DNA from: an uncultured Acidobacteriota bacterium
Lineage (GTDB): Bacteria; Acidobacteriota; Vicinamibacteria; Fen-336
Length of the DNA: 64,000 nucleotides
NCBI GenBank assembly: GCA_963831755.1
Contig: CAWHRC010000022.1
Coordinates: 64,937 to 128,936, forward strand
Direction: 5' to 3'
Below are positions 52,019 through 61,746 of the stretch, piece by piece. Numbering within the stretch: position 1 is the stretch's first letter; the number at the start of each line of letters is the position of its first letter. The notes beneath the pieces are model-generated. The model was not told the DNA's origin. It was given only the letters and a program-made list of their open reading frames with translations, and did not search any database. The position numbers and the translations under genes were made by a program.

Positions 52019-53986
52019 GTGGCGCTCGTTCCGGGGTCCAACGCGGGCCCCTACCGCATCGTCGAGCCGCTCGGCCGCGGCGGCATGGCGTCGGTCTACA
52101 AGGCTTACGAGGCGGCGCTCGACCGCTACGTCGCGCTCAAGGTGCTGCCCCGCGAGTTCCTGCACGACCCGGACTTCGCCAAGCGGTTCGAGATCGAGGC
52201 CAAGGCGATCGCCCAGCTCGAGCACCCGAACATCGTCCCCATCTACGCCTACGACATCGACCGGGAGGACGGCATCCCGTGGATGGCGATGCGGCTGATC
52301 GACGGCGGGTCGCTCTCGCAGCTCATCAAGCGCGAGCGGCCTCCCCTTGCGCGGGCGGTCGCGATCCTGCGCGGCGTGGCGGACGCACTCGACTGCGCGC
52401 ACGGCAAGGGCATCGTCCACAGGGACATCAAGCCGCAGAACGTGTTGCTCGACACCGCGGGCCGCGTCTACCTCGCCGACTTCGGGATCACGAAGATGCT
52501 CGAGTCCTCGGGCGGTCTGACGGCGACCGGCATGATCATCGGGACGCCGCAGTACATGGCGCCCGAGCAGGCGACCGGCAAGAACGTGGGGCCGGCGGTC
52601 GATATCTACGCGCTCGGCATCGTCGCGTACGAGTTGTTCACGGGCGCCGTGCCGTTCGCGGCGGACACGCCCGTCGCGATCATGATCAAGCACATGCAGG
52701 AGCCGCTGCCGATCCCGCCGGCGAGCACACTGCCCGAGCCGCTGCTGCGGCCGCTGCTCAAGTGCACCGCCAAGAAGGCCGAGGACCGCTGGCCGAGCGC
52801 CGGGGCGTTCGCCTCGGCGCTGGAGGCGGCGCTCGCGGCGCCGACAAGGGCCATCGACGCCCTGCCGACCGTCGAGGCGCGCCTGCCGTCCGGAACGACC
52901 GTCCCCGTGGGCACGGCGGTGTCGGCGCCGACGGCTCCCGTCCCGCGGCCCACCCTGCGGACCCCCGCACCGGCGATCTCCCGGCCGACCACGCGACCTT
53001 CGGCTCCGGCCCCGCCTCCGGCCCGTGCCGGCGTCCCGGTCGCGTGGCTGGGACTGGCCGCGGCCGCCGTGGCGGTGCTGCTGGTCGTGGCGGGCGCCAC
53101 CGTGCTGTGGCTGCGTTCCGGCGGACCCCCGCCGTCGCAGGAGACGAGGGCCCTCACCCCGGAGGATCGCGGCGCGGTCCCGCCGACACCAGGACAGACC
53201 TCGCCCGCCTCGCACGGGCCGACGCCCGCGCCCCCGCCGCCGGCGGTCGCTTCCGCGGCAGCCTCGCCGGCACCTGTCGTCACAGCGCCCGCACGGGTCG
53301 TCACCGCGGTCTCGGTCCCACAGCGCACGGTGGTGAATCCCGTGGCGACGCCAACCCCGGTCGTTGCAGCCACGCCCGCCCCGGCGCCGACCGTCGACCC
53401 GCAGATCACGCAGCTGGCCGCGGCCCTCGGCCAGGGGGATGCCGGCTCGCGCTGGCGGGCCGCACAGGCCCTCGGCACCTACCGGGCGGACGCGGCGCCG
53501 GCCGTGCCGGCGCTCGTCGCCGCGCTCGCGGACTCCAGCTCCGAGGTCCGCTGGCGGGCTGCCGAGGCGCTGGGCCTCGTCGGCCCGCCCGCCGCCGCCG
53601 CCGTCCCCGCCCTGGCGCGCTGCCTCTCGGACGCGGACCCGCTCGTGCGCACGGAGGCCACGAAGGCGCTGGGCCTCGTCGGCCCGCCGGCGTCGGCCGC
53701 CGTCTCGCAGCTCGCCAGGGGCCTGGGCGCGTCCGACGTCGCGATCCGCCGCGAATCGGCCCGCGCCCTGGCGCGCGTCGGCGTCGCTTCCGCGCCGGCC
53801 GTCGGCGCCCTGGTCGGGGCCCTCGTGGACAAGGACAAGTTCGTGCGCATGGAGTCGGCCCGTGCGCTCGGCCGCGTCGGGCCCTCCGCGCGAGAGGCCG
53901 TCCCCGCGCTCACGTCTGCAGCCCGGGACCCCGAGCTGCTCGTCTCGCGCGAGGCCCGGGCCGCCCTCAAGGCCATCGGCAACTGA
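52019..53986 (+). CDS. Ser/Thr protein kinase: one TM segment, a Pro/Ala-rich linker, then PBS-lyase-type HEAT repeats
   Basis: Kinase motifs [24 protein letters not shown] and APEQ. TM segment [19 protein letters not shown]. Five or more repeats of VRxxAAxALGxVGP. GTG start at 52019. Confidence 0.9.
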   Translation: MALVPGSNAGPYRIVEPLGRGGMASVYKAYEAALDRYVALKVLPREFLHDPDFAKRFEIEAKAIAQLEHPNIVPIYAYDIDREDGIPWMAMRLIDGGSLSQLIKRERPPLARAVAILRGVADALDCAHGKGIVHRDIKPQNVLLDTAGRVYLADFGITKMLESSGGLTATGMIIGTPQYMAPEQATGKNVGPAVDIYALGIVAYELFTGAVPFAADTPVAIMIKHMQEPLPIPPASTLPEPLLRPLLKCTAKKAEDRWPSAGAFASALEAALAAPTRAIDALPTVEARLPSGTTVPVGTAVSAPTAPVPRPTLRTPAPAISRPTTRPSAPAPPPARAGVPVAWLGLAAAAVAVLLVVAGATVLWLRSGGPPPSQETRALTPEDRGAVPPTPGQTSPASHGPTPAPPPPAVASAAASPAPVVTAPARVVTAVSVPQRTVVNPVATPTPVVAATPAPAPTVDPQITQLAAALGQGDAGSRWRAAQALGTYRADAAPAVPALVAALADSSSEVRWRAAEALGLVGPPAAAAVPALARCLSDADPLVRTEATKALGLVGPPASAAVSQLARGLGASDVAIRRESARALARVGVASAPAVGALVGALVDKDKFVRMESARALGRVGPSAREAVPALTSAARDPELLVSREARAALKAIGN

Positions 53987-54063
53987 GCGCGGCGGTTCGG
54001 TATGTTCTTTGCTTCAGGGAACTCGGTGACGGGCCGGTCGTCTGTCCTCGAACGGGGGGTTCG

Positions 54064-55395
54064 ATGATGCGAAGCATGCGGAGCGGGCTGCTGTGGGGGT
54101 TGGCGCTCGCCGCCTTCTCGGTGGCGGGTGCGGCCGCGCAGGACGAGGAGTCGTGGCGCGGCGAGAAAGTGGACGGCTACGCCGAGTGGCATGCCGGCAA
54201 CTGCGTCGTGGCCGACGGGCAGAAGGTCTGCCCGGGGCCGGGCCTGAAGTTCAAGGGCGGGGGTGAGGCGAAGGACATGGCCTCGGTCCCGCTCGGCTAC
54301 GAGTTCAAGGCGAAGGGCAAGCGGCTGGCGGACGGCTCGCTCCTCGCGCAGGAGGTCGAGGCCAAGCCCAACGGCTCCGCTTTGTTCGAGGGCGAGGTCC
54401 GCTCGGCGACCGACCAGGCGGAGAACCAGGCCAAGGCACGCGGCTTCTTCGTCGAGGGCGGGGGCGGCAAGGAACGGAACGTCGGCCGCCTCTACGAGGA
54501 CGGGCCCTACGTCGAGCGCGTGCGAGGCATCGTCGACAACCTGCTGCCTCCCTACCTGCACCCCGAGGAGGTGCGGATCTACGTGATCCAGAACAAGGAG
54601 TGGAACGCGTTCGCGATGGGGAACTACTCCATCTACGTGTTCACGGGCCTGCTCGACGACATGGACGACGACGAGGTGGCGATGGTGCTGGGCCACGAGC
54701 TGGTGCACGCGACCCACGAGCACACGCGCAAGGAGTTCAAGCGCGCGATGTGGGTGCAGCTGCTCGCGCTCGGTGTCGTCGGGGCCGCCAACTCGATCGA
54801 CGACAGCAAGAAGCGCGCGGTCGTGGACCTGGCGGCCGTGCTGGGGGCCACCGCCTACAGCAACGGCTACAGCCGCGCCATGGAGGACCAGGCCGACCGC
54901 GTCGGCCTGCGCTACGCGTACGAGGCGGGCTACGACATCACGAAGGGCCCGCGGCTGTGGAACCGCTTCGCCAAGAAGTACGGCGAGGGCAGCAAGGCCG
55001 TGAACTTCTTCTTTGGCAACCACTCGCAGTCGGCGGCGCGCGCCGCGAAGCTCGAGAAGGAGATCGCCTACAACTACCCGGACGGGCCGAAGCCCGGCGG
55101 CCCGGCGCGCACGGCGCACCGGCCGATCCCCGCGCCCGCGACGGCCACGGCCCGCAGCGCGCCCGTGCCGGGGGGCGCGACCCGCGCGCTCGTGTCGCCC
55201 CAGACGGCGCACGGCGCGCCGGCGGCGGGCACCACGACCCACGCCGACATCAGGCGCGGCATGAGCGGGGACGAGGTGCGCAAGGCGCTGGGCGACCCGC
55301 AGGCCGAGGTGGTGTTCGGCGACAAGACGCGCTGGAGCTACCCGGACCTGACGATCGTGTTCGAGAAGGGCCGGGTCGCCGACGTCAAATTCTAG
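54064..55395 (+). CDS. M48-family Zn metalloprotease, secreted
   Basis: Signal peptide, HELVHATHEH (HExxH), and a downstream E in AMEDQADRVG. Confidence 0.85.
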   Translation: MMRSMRSGLLWGLALAAFSVAGAAAQDEESWRGEKVDGYAEWHAGNCVVADGQKVCPGPGLKFKGGGEAKDMASVPLGYEFKAKGKRLADGSLLAQEVEAKPNGSALFEGEVRSATDQAENQAKARGFFVEGGGGKERNVGRLYEDGPYVERVRGIVDNLLPPYLHPEEVRIYVIQNKEWNAFAMGNYSIYVFTGLLDDMDDDEVAMVLGHELVHATHEHTRKEFKRAMWVQLLALGVVGAANSIDDSKKRAVVDLAAVLGATAYSNGYSRAMEDQADRVGLRYAYEAGYDITKGPRLWNRFAKKYGEGSKAVNFFFGNHSQSAARAAKLEKEIAYNYPDGPKPGGPARTAHRPIPAPATATARSAPVPGGATRALVSPQTAHGAPAAGTTTHADIRRGMSGDEVRKALGDPQAEVVFGDKTRWSYPDLTIVFEKGRVADVKF

Positions 55396-55419
55396 GAGCC
55401 GATTGCCGGCTCAGCCGGC

Positions 55420-55947
55420 TCACTGACGCTTCGGCGCCCCGAGCTGCGCCAGCCGTGCCGCGACGTCGGCGCCGGCCGTGTCGACCTTGACGTCCTTGTC
55501 GACGTACACGATCTTGCCGTCTTTGCCCACGTAGAACGTCCAGCGCTTCGCGATCCCGATCGCGGGCATCAGGACACCGTAGGCTTCGGCCGTCTTCTTC
55601 TCGGGGTCGGCCAGGATCGGGTAGTCCGCGCCCAGCGACTCCGCGAACTCCTTGTTCTTCTGCGGCGTGTCGACGCTCGCCGCGAAGTAGGACACGTCGT
55701 ACTGACGAAGGGCGTCGCCGCTCTCCCGGAGCGACTTGCACTCCTTCGTTCAGCCGCCGGTGAACGCCTTGGGGAACCAGGCCAGGACCACGAAGCGGCC
55801 CTTGCAGTCCGCGAGGCGATGCGTCTTGCCGTCGGAGCCGGGCAGCGCGAAATCCGGGGCCGCGTCGCCCACGGCGAGCTCGGCCGCGCGCGCGCCGGCG
55901 CAGGACAGCAGCAGGCCGAGGCCCGCCACGAGAACCGGCAGCTTCAT
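55420..55947 (-). CDS. Candidate selenocysteine-containing peroxiredoxin (AhpC/TSA, Bcp-like) with a lipoprotein-type signal; in-frame TGA at 55750-55752
   Basis: Track ORFs 55750..56001 and 55420..55695 are in the same frame (offset 330 nt), separated only by a TGA. The read-through gives WFPKAFTGG-U-TKECKSLRESG, with U at the peroxidatic Cys of the PxxxTxxC motif. ATG at 55947 is preceded by AGGAGGAG. Confidence 0.65.
55717..55735 (-). promoter_or_regulatory. Hairpin starting 14 nt after the TGA codon (mRNA nt 18-36 counted from the U of UGA); candidate bacterial SECIS apical stem-loop
   Basis: mRNA GUCGCUC-CGGGA-GAGCGGC forms a 7-bp stem (one G-U pair) with a 5-nt G-rich loop. The flanking bases could extend the stem. 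Confidence 0.4.
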
Positions 55948-56031
55948 CACTCCTCCTGAGGGGGTTCCGGCATTATGGGCGTCGGGCGAGCCGGGGGTCA
56001 ACGCTTCTCCAGCGGTCTAGAATGCGGCGGC

Positions 56032-58656
56032 TTGAGACGCCTCCTGTCGTGGCTCGGCCGGCTCGGCGTCGCGCTGACGCTGACGCTCCTGGCGCTGGCC
56101 GTCGCGCGCTGGGAGCCGATCGGCGCGCGCAGCCCGCTCGACGTACGCGCGCTGCCGCTGGCGCTGCCGCTCGTCGGCTGCGCGATCCTGGCGGCGCTGT
56201 GCGGGGGCGAGCGGCCGGGCACGCGCTGGCGGCCCGTGGCGGCGGCGCTCGTGGCCGCGCTCGCGGCGCTGGCACTGGCCGTCGCCCTGCGCGGGCCCGC
56301 GGGCTTGGAGGGCGCGGTCCGGAATCCCGCCGGCAGCCTCGTCGGGAAGACTCCTCCCGGCGCCGTCGACCTGATCGGCCGCGACCTGCGCCCCTTCGCG
56401 CCGGTGCGGCGGCTCCGGGTCGCGTGGGCGGGCGAGCTGCGCGTCCCGCAGTCCGGGAGGTACCGGCTGTGGCTCGAGGGCCGTGGCCGCGGGTCGGTCG
56501 CGCTCGAGGGGCGCCCGCTGCTCGAAGGCGAGGGCGATCCGCTGCGCGCCGGCGTCGAGACCGCGCTCGCCCGCGGGCCGCTGCGCCTCGAGGTCCGCTT
56601 CGAGCAGACCGGCCCCGGGCCGCGCCTGCGGCTGGGCTGGACGCGGCCGGACGGGCGCAGCGAGCGATCCCCGCGCGCGACCTCGGCCCGGCCCTCCCTT
56701 GGTGGGAATGGGCGCTCGTCGACGCGCTGTCGTTGCTGGTGGCGCTGCTCGCCGGCGCTCTCGCGTGGCTCGCGCCGTGGGAACGCCCGCACCGCCCGCC
56801 GCTGCCAAGAGCCGTGACACCCGGCGAGATCGCGCTCTCGGCCCTCGGCTACGCCGTGCTGCTCGCGGTGATGAGCTGGCCGATGGTGCGCGACCTCGCC
56901 CACACCGGCCCCCTGGACCGCACCGACGCGCGGCTCAACGCCTGGATCCTCGCCTGGGCGGGCGAGGCACTGTGGACGGCGCCGGCGCGGCTCTTCCAGG
57001 CGCCGGTCTTCCACCCGCTGCCGGACGCGCTCGCCTTCTCCGAGAACCTGCTGCTGCCGGCGGCGGTCGTGGCTCCGCTGCAGCGGCTCTCGGGCCCCGT
57101 GCTCGCGTACAACGTGGCGCTCCTCGGCAGCCTGCTGCTGTCCGGCCTCGGCGCGCAGCTGCTGGTGCGGCGCGTGAGCGGCGACCGGCTGGCCGCCTTC
57201 GTCGCCGGCGCCTGCTTCGCCGCCGGTCCGCAGCGCTGGATCCGCCTCGCGCACCTGCACGCGCAGGTGACCGTCTTCCTGCCGCTCGCCCTCCTGGCGC
57301 TCGATCGCTTCTGGGAGCGCCGCACGCTGCGGCGCGCGCTCGTCGTGGGCCTGGCGCTCGCCCTGCAGGGCCTCGCCTCCGTCTACCTCGGCGCGATCAC
57401 GGCCGCGGCGCTCGCCGTCGCGATCGCCGTCGGCCTGTGCGGCGGGCTGCGCGCCCGCGAGCTGGGCCGCCTGGCCGTGGGCTTCCTGCTGGCGGCCGCC
57501 ATCCTGTGGCCGGTGGCCCGGCCGTACCTGCGGATGCGGGCCTTCGAGGGACAGGAGTTCACGCAGGAGATGGTCGCGGCGTCGGCCGCCACCCTGCCGT
57601 CCTACGCCGCCGCGGGCACGCCGGCGTGGGGACCGCTCAGCGAGCGCCTGCTCGACCCCACGACGCTGCGCGACGCTCTGTTCCCGGGCGTGGCGGCGCT
57701 CGTGCTCGGGATCGTCGGGCTCGCCGCGGCCCCGCGCCGCTACCGGGCGGTCGCGCTCGCTGCCTCGATCGTGGCGGTCGTGTTCTCGCTGGGGCCCGAG
57801 ACGGCCCTCTACCGCTTCCTGTACGAGCACCTCGTGCTCGTCCGCGGCGTGCGCGCCCTGTCGCGTTTCGCGCTCGTGCCGAGCGCTCGCCCTGTCGGTG
57901 CTCGCCGGCCTCGCGCTGTCCGGCCGGCGCCGGCCGCTCGCGCTCGCGGCGCTTCTCGCGATGATGGCCGAGTCCGCCAGCCTGCCGCTGCGGCTCGAGC
58001 GCTACCTTGGGCCCTCGCCGGCGGCGGGCTGGCTCGCGGGCCGGCCCGGAGCCGTGCTGTCGCTGCCGCTGGCCGAGGACGACACGCGCGTGATGCTCGA
58101 CGGCCTCGCGCACGGCCGGCCGCTGGTGAACGGCTACTCGGCCTTCATCCCGCGCCCCTTCGATCGCGCGATGGAGCTGTTCGGCGAGGGGGTCGACGAG
58201 CAGGGCCTGCGCTTCCTGCGCGCGGTCGGCGTGACGCACGTGGTCTCGCCGGCGCCGCTCGGCCTGCCCGAGGCGGCGGAGCTTCCGGGGCAGTGGATCG
58301 GCGAGGTCCCGCCGGGACCGGCCGCCGCCGTGGTCGAGGCTGGCGAGCCCGTGCCCGCGCTGTGGACCTCCGACGGGATCGTCGTCGTGCTGCCCGAGCC
58401 GCGCACGATCGGGCGTGTCGCCTTCGAGCTGGCCGACGCCGAGTGGGTTGCGCGACCGACGCTTCAGACCTCGGACGACGGCGTCGCCTGGCAGCCGGTC
58501 GAGGCCACCGCGAGCCTCGCCGACGCCACGCTCTCGCTCTACCGCGACCCGCGAGGGGCGCGCGGGGAGCTGCGCCTGCGCCCGCTGCGCACGCGGCTGC
58601 TGCGCCTGGACCGCCGCCTTCCGCTGCGACCCGGAGTGGTGGAGGTCGGGCCCTGA
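56032..58656 (+). pseudogene. Large polytopic membrane protein with an N-terminal PA14-like module and a C-terminal discoidin-like domain (possible glycosyltransferase-like); frame switches near 56665 and near 57880
   Basis: Sense is continuous across three track ORFs (55975.., 56022.., 57898..). There are about 10 or more TM helices. The family assignment is tentative, and the TTG start at 56032 is a guess. Confidence 0.55.
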
Positions 58657-59163
58657 CTACGGCCGGGGCGAGGTCGGCGGCACCGGCGCAGCCGACGCCG
58701 GCGGGCCGGCCGGCAGGCGCGTGGAGTGCCACAGCGCCCAGCGCCAGGCGCCGCCCTGCTTCACGTACAGCTCGCTGAAGTACAGGTCGATCTCGGTCCG
58801 CCTGCCGCCGGGCTCGATGACGACGTGGCACGGGCCGGAGACGACGGCGGAGTCGCCGTGGACGCGCACGCGCCGGCCCGGGGCGTCGATCACCTTGTAC
58901 ACGTGCTTGCCGCTGCGCAGGGCGTCGAGGAACTCGGCCTTCGTCTCGGTCACGCCGCTCGAGTGCGTGTAGGTGAGGTCGTCCGTCATCATCGCGCCGA
59001 GAGCCGCGACGTCCGCCTTGATCGTCGCGGCGATCCGCGCGTCCTGCGCGGCCAGGACGGCCTCCCCGGCGTCCACCGTCCGTGCGCTCGAAGCGGCGGG
59101 AATCAGGGCCAGCGCGAGCGCCGTGGCCAGGAACGAGCTGCAGCGGACCGTCGTCCTCGTCAT
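58657..59163 (-). CDS. Secreted NTF2-like (DUF4440/SnoaL-like) protein
   Basis: Signal peptide, then a pattern typical of the fold (DDLTYTHSSG...EFL...WRWALWHST). Confidence 0.55.
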   Translation of the reverse strand: MTRTTVRCSSFLATALALALIPAASSARTVDAGEAVLAAQDARIAATIKADVAALGAMMTDDLTYTHSSGVTETKAEFLDALRSGKHVYKVIDAPGRRVRVHGDSAVVSGPCHVVIEPGGRRTEIDLYFSELYVKQGGAWRWALWHSTRLPAGPPASAAPVPPTSPRP

Positions 59164-59185
59164 GGGACCTCCTCGGGTCGAGCCG

Positions 59186-59515
59186 TCAGTCGAGCGGCGC
59201 GCCGCAGCCGTGGCAGCGCGCCTGTGAGCCGCGCGTCGGCAGCCGCTCGCCGCAGCGCGGGCACTTCCAGTTGACCAGTCGGAAGCCGAGGCCGAGCAGC
59301 GCCAGCGCCCCGACCGCCGGCACCCACCACGACTCCGGGGCGCGCAGGACGACGCCCGCGGCGACCAGCCCGATCACGGCGACGGCGAACCAGCGGCCGA
59401 AACGGTGCTGGCGCTCCCGGCGCCCGGCCACGGCCAGCCGGTACGCGCGGCGCTCCCCGTCGCCCCACGCCTCGGGCGTGTCCGGCGCGGGCTCCTCTCG
59501 CTCGTCCGTTTCCAT
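59186..59515 (-). CDS. Small membrane protein with a C-terminal zinc-ribbon (CPRC...CHGC)
   Basis: 109-aa ORF with two hydrophobic helices and a CxxC-N13-CxxC arrangement. Confidence 0.5.
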   Translation of the reverse strand: METDEREEPAPDTPEAWGDGERRAYRLAVAGRRERQHRFGRWFAVAVIGLVAAGVVLRAPESWWVPAVGALALLGLGFRLVNWKCPRCGERLPTRGSQARCHGCGAPLD

Positions 59516-59630
59516 GGCCCGTGCCCTTGGCCCCCGGAAAGCCGAAGTCGGCAGATCCGCGGGGGCGGCGCTGCGCCATTCTATGCCGGCCGGCTCGCTG
59601 TAGGATGGCGCTCCACGGGAGGGTGGCGGC

Positions 59631-60161
59631 GTGAACGAAGGCGCGACGAAGCGGGTCGAGGTGCTGCGGACCTACCTGGAGCTGACGGAGCCCGCCACCG
59701 GCGCGGCGCCCGTCCCGCCCGACCCGAGCGCACGCATCGAGCGCGTCGTCGACTGCCCGGCGTCGTTCTTCCGCTACCTCTACGTCGAGGTGGGCCGCGC
59801 CTATCACTGGCGGGACCGCCTCGGCTGGACGGACGAGCTCATCCGCGACCGGCTCGCCGACCCGTCCGTCTCGCTGTACCTGCTGAGCGTGGCCGGCGCG
59901 CCCGCGGGCTACTTCGAGCTGCAGCGCCACCCGGACCGCTCGGTCGAGATCGTCTACTTCGGCCTGTTGCCCGAGTTCATCCGCCGCGGCCTCGGCAGGT
60001 ACCTGCTCGGCGAAGCCGTGGCCGAGGCGTGGCGGCTCTCTGCCTCGCGCGTCTGGCTGCACACCTGCTCCCTCGACGACGAGGCGGCGATGCCGAACTA
60101 CCTGGCGCGCGGCTTCCGGCCGTTCAGGACCGAGACCTACGAGGCGGAGCTGCCCGAGTGA
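59631..60161 (+). CDS. GNAT-family N-acetyltransferase
   Basis: Acetyl-CoA-binding-like motif (RRGLGRYLLGEAV) and beta-strand pattern; 176 aa. Confidence 0.75.
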   Translation: MNEGATKRVEVLRTYLELTEPATGAAPVPPDPSARIERVVDCPASFFRYLYVEVGRAYHWRDRLGWTDELIRDRLADPSVSLYLLSVAGAPAGYFELQRHPDRSVEIVYFGLLPEFIRRGLGRYLLGEAVAEAWRLSASRVWLHTCSLDDEAAMPNYLARGFRPFRTETYEAELPE

Positions 60162-60191
60162 GGCGATTGGCGCGGCCTCGGCCGCGAGCCG

Positions 60192-61244
60192 TCACTCGGT
60201 CGCCGTGACCTTCGCCGCCCGCTCGAAGCGGCCGGCCTCGCGGCCGTCGAGCGCGGCCAGGGCCAGCGTGATCATCTCGACCGGCAGCAGCTCGACCAGC
60301 GGCCGCGCCACGGCCGGCACCGCCGGCAGGCGGAACGGCGGCTCGGGCGCGTCCTCGGCGGCGAGGTACACCCTCGCGCCAGCCGCTCGGGCGTCCGCGA
60401 CCAGCGCCTCGTTGAGAGCCCGCGTGGTCGCGTCGCCCGCGAAGACCAGCAGGAAGACGTCGGCGTCCAGCATCTCCAGCGGCCCGTGGCGGAGCGCGGC
60501 GCTGCCCATGCCCTCGGCCGGGTGGTGTGTCGACTCCTTGGTGATCAGGCCGGCGGTGAAGGCCGCCGCCAGCGACGGCCCGCGCCCGGCGTAGTAGAGG
60601 GCGCGCACGCCGCGCAGCAGCGGGAAGAGCGCCCGGACGTGCTCCCGCCAGCCCGAGAGGTACGCTGCGACGCGCGGGACGGCCTCGAGCAGGACGCTCC
60701 GCACGCCGTCCGCGTCGCCGCCGGCGAGCGTCTCGCCGAGCAGCGCGAGAGCGGCCTGGGCGGCGAGGTATGTCTTGCAGGAGACCGTCGCCTCCTCGCC
60801 GGCGGCTGTCAGCACGACGGCCGTGCTCGCCGCGGCGAGCGGGCTCCCGGCCGTGTTCGTGACGCCGATCGTGTCGACCGAGCGCCCGCGCACGGACTCG
60901 ATCAGCCGCACGATCTCCGCGCTCCGGCCCGACTGGGAGACGAGGACGAGCAGCGTGTCGTCCGTCAGCAAGCCGCGCTGGTAGTGCAGCAGCTCCGACG
61001 ACTCGACCGTCAGCGGCGCGTGGCCTGCGCGCACCAGGCGCAGGTGGAGCGGCGCGAGCCCGTGGTGGGACGAGCCCATGCCGCTCAGCACGAGACGCCG
61101 ATAGTCGCCGTGCGCGAGACGGCGTGCGATCCTGGCGAGAGGCTCGCCCACGGCGAGCTCGCGGAGCGTCCGCTCGAGAGCGCGTGGCTGATCGAGGATG
61201 TCGCGCAGGTAGCCGCCCTCGACGATGTTCAGGCTGTTGGGCAT
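60192..61244 (-). CDS. SIS-domain sugar-phosphate isomerase/aminotransferase-like protein (GlmS C-terminal / AgaS / FrlB-like)
   Basis: Two SIS modules (VLSGMGSSHH; VLVSQSGRSAE). 350 aa with no glutaminase domain. Confidence 0.8.
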   Translation of the reverse strand: MPNSLNIVEGGYLRDILDQPRALERTLRELAVGEPLARIARRLAHGDYRRLVLSGMGSSHHGLAPLHLRLVRAGHAPLTVESSELLHYQRGLLTDDTLLVLVSQSGRSAEIVRLIESVRGRSVDTIGVTNTAGSPLAAASTAVVLTAAGEEATVSCKTYLAAQAALALLGETLAGGDADGVRSVLLEAVPRVAAYLSGWREHVRALFPLLRGVRALYYAGRGPSLAAAFTAGLITKESTHHPAEGMGSAALRHGPLEMLDADVFLLVFAGDATTRALNEALVADARAAGARVYLAAEDAPEPPFRLPAVPAVARPLVELLPVEMITLALAALDGREAGRFERAAKVTATE

Positions 61245-61317
61245 GGACGCTCGCCTGCTCGGCCGGCCTTTTCTCGACGCCGCGGCAGTCTAGCGCGCAG
61301 ACGCTCACGTGTGCGCT

Positions 61318-61347
61318 GACGTTGGCCGGACGTTGGCCGGACGATGG
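61318..61347. repeat. Tandem direct repeat GACGTTGGCCG x2 plus a partial third copy (GACGATGG)
   Basis: Seen directly at 61318-61328, 61329-61339 and 61340-61347, in the intergenic region between the SIS gene and nrdJ. Confidence 0.6.
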
Positions 61348-61544
61348 AATCGTTCGTTCTGGTAGAAGCTTGCTTCGCCAATGATGACAAGAGCGCCACT
61401 TCATCAATCATAACTCACTGTCATCATTGAATAAACGACTCACCTGAGTGGCCAGTTCTCCGGCTGCCTCGCCCACGACAGACGCCCCAAAAGGATCAAA
61501 GCAGCCTGCGCCTTCGACTCGGCCCGTCCCCGTAACTCACTGAC

Positions 61545-61591
61545 CTGCCATATAATGGTGTTGGGCTGGCTAGTACTACTACATGTTGTGT
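61545..61591. promoter_or_regulatory. Two AT-rich partial palindromes about 31 bp apart; candidate tandem NrdR boxes
   Basis: CCATATAATGG (61548-61558) and ACTACATGTTGT (61578-61589). The second matches about 11 of 16 positions of acaCwAtATaTwGtgt; the first matches only about 8 of 16. Both lie just upstream of, or overlapping, the nrdJ promoter. Confidence 0.3.
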
Positions 61592-61598
61592 TTTTCTC

Positions 61599-61627
61599 TT
61601 GACACCCTCCCGGCGCTTCCCGATAAT
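61599..61627 (+). promoter_or_regulatory. Near-consensus sigma-70 promoter for nrdJ
   Basis: TTGACA (61599-61604), a 17-nt spacer, then GATAAT (61622-61627). The nrdJ ATG is about 120 nt downstream. Confidence 0.5.
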
Positions 61628-61746
61628 CGCGGTCGCCGATTCGGCAGAACAGCCCCCGCGCCGGTCGGGCTGGCGAGCGCATCCGCTGGTCGCCGGAGAG
61701 TCGTCGCCAGTTGAGCCCGATTGCCCCGTACAGAGAGGTAGCACCG

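Noticed and set aside
52900-53400. Repetitive Pro/Ala/Thr/Val-rich DNA that might be a tandem repeat or CRISPR-like array.
   Set aside because: It is an in-frame low-complexity linker of the Ser/Thr kinase ([17 protein letters not shown]...), with no regular repeat-spacer periodicity.
55750-55752. The peroxiredoxin appears as two ORFs, which could mean a nonsense-mutated pseudogene or a frameshift like those in its neighbours.
   Set aside because: Both halves are in the same frame and no indel is needed. The stop is specifically TGA at the catalytic Cys codon, and a hairpin follows. Selenocysteine recoding is the more economical reading, though a TGC-to-TGA error is not excluded without reads.
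61229-61411. A 60-aa minus-strand ORF in the AT-rich spacer (MIDEVALLSSLAKQ...).
   Set aside because: It overlaps the 5' end of the SIS gene, becomes Arg-rich nonsense after about 20 codons, and has no ribosome-binding site that I could see.
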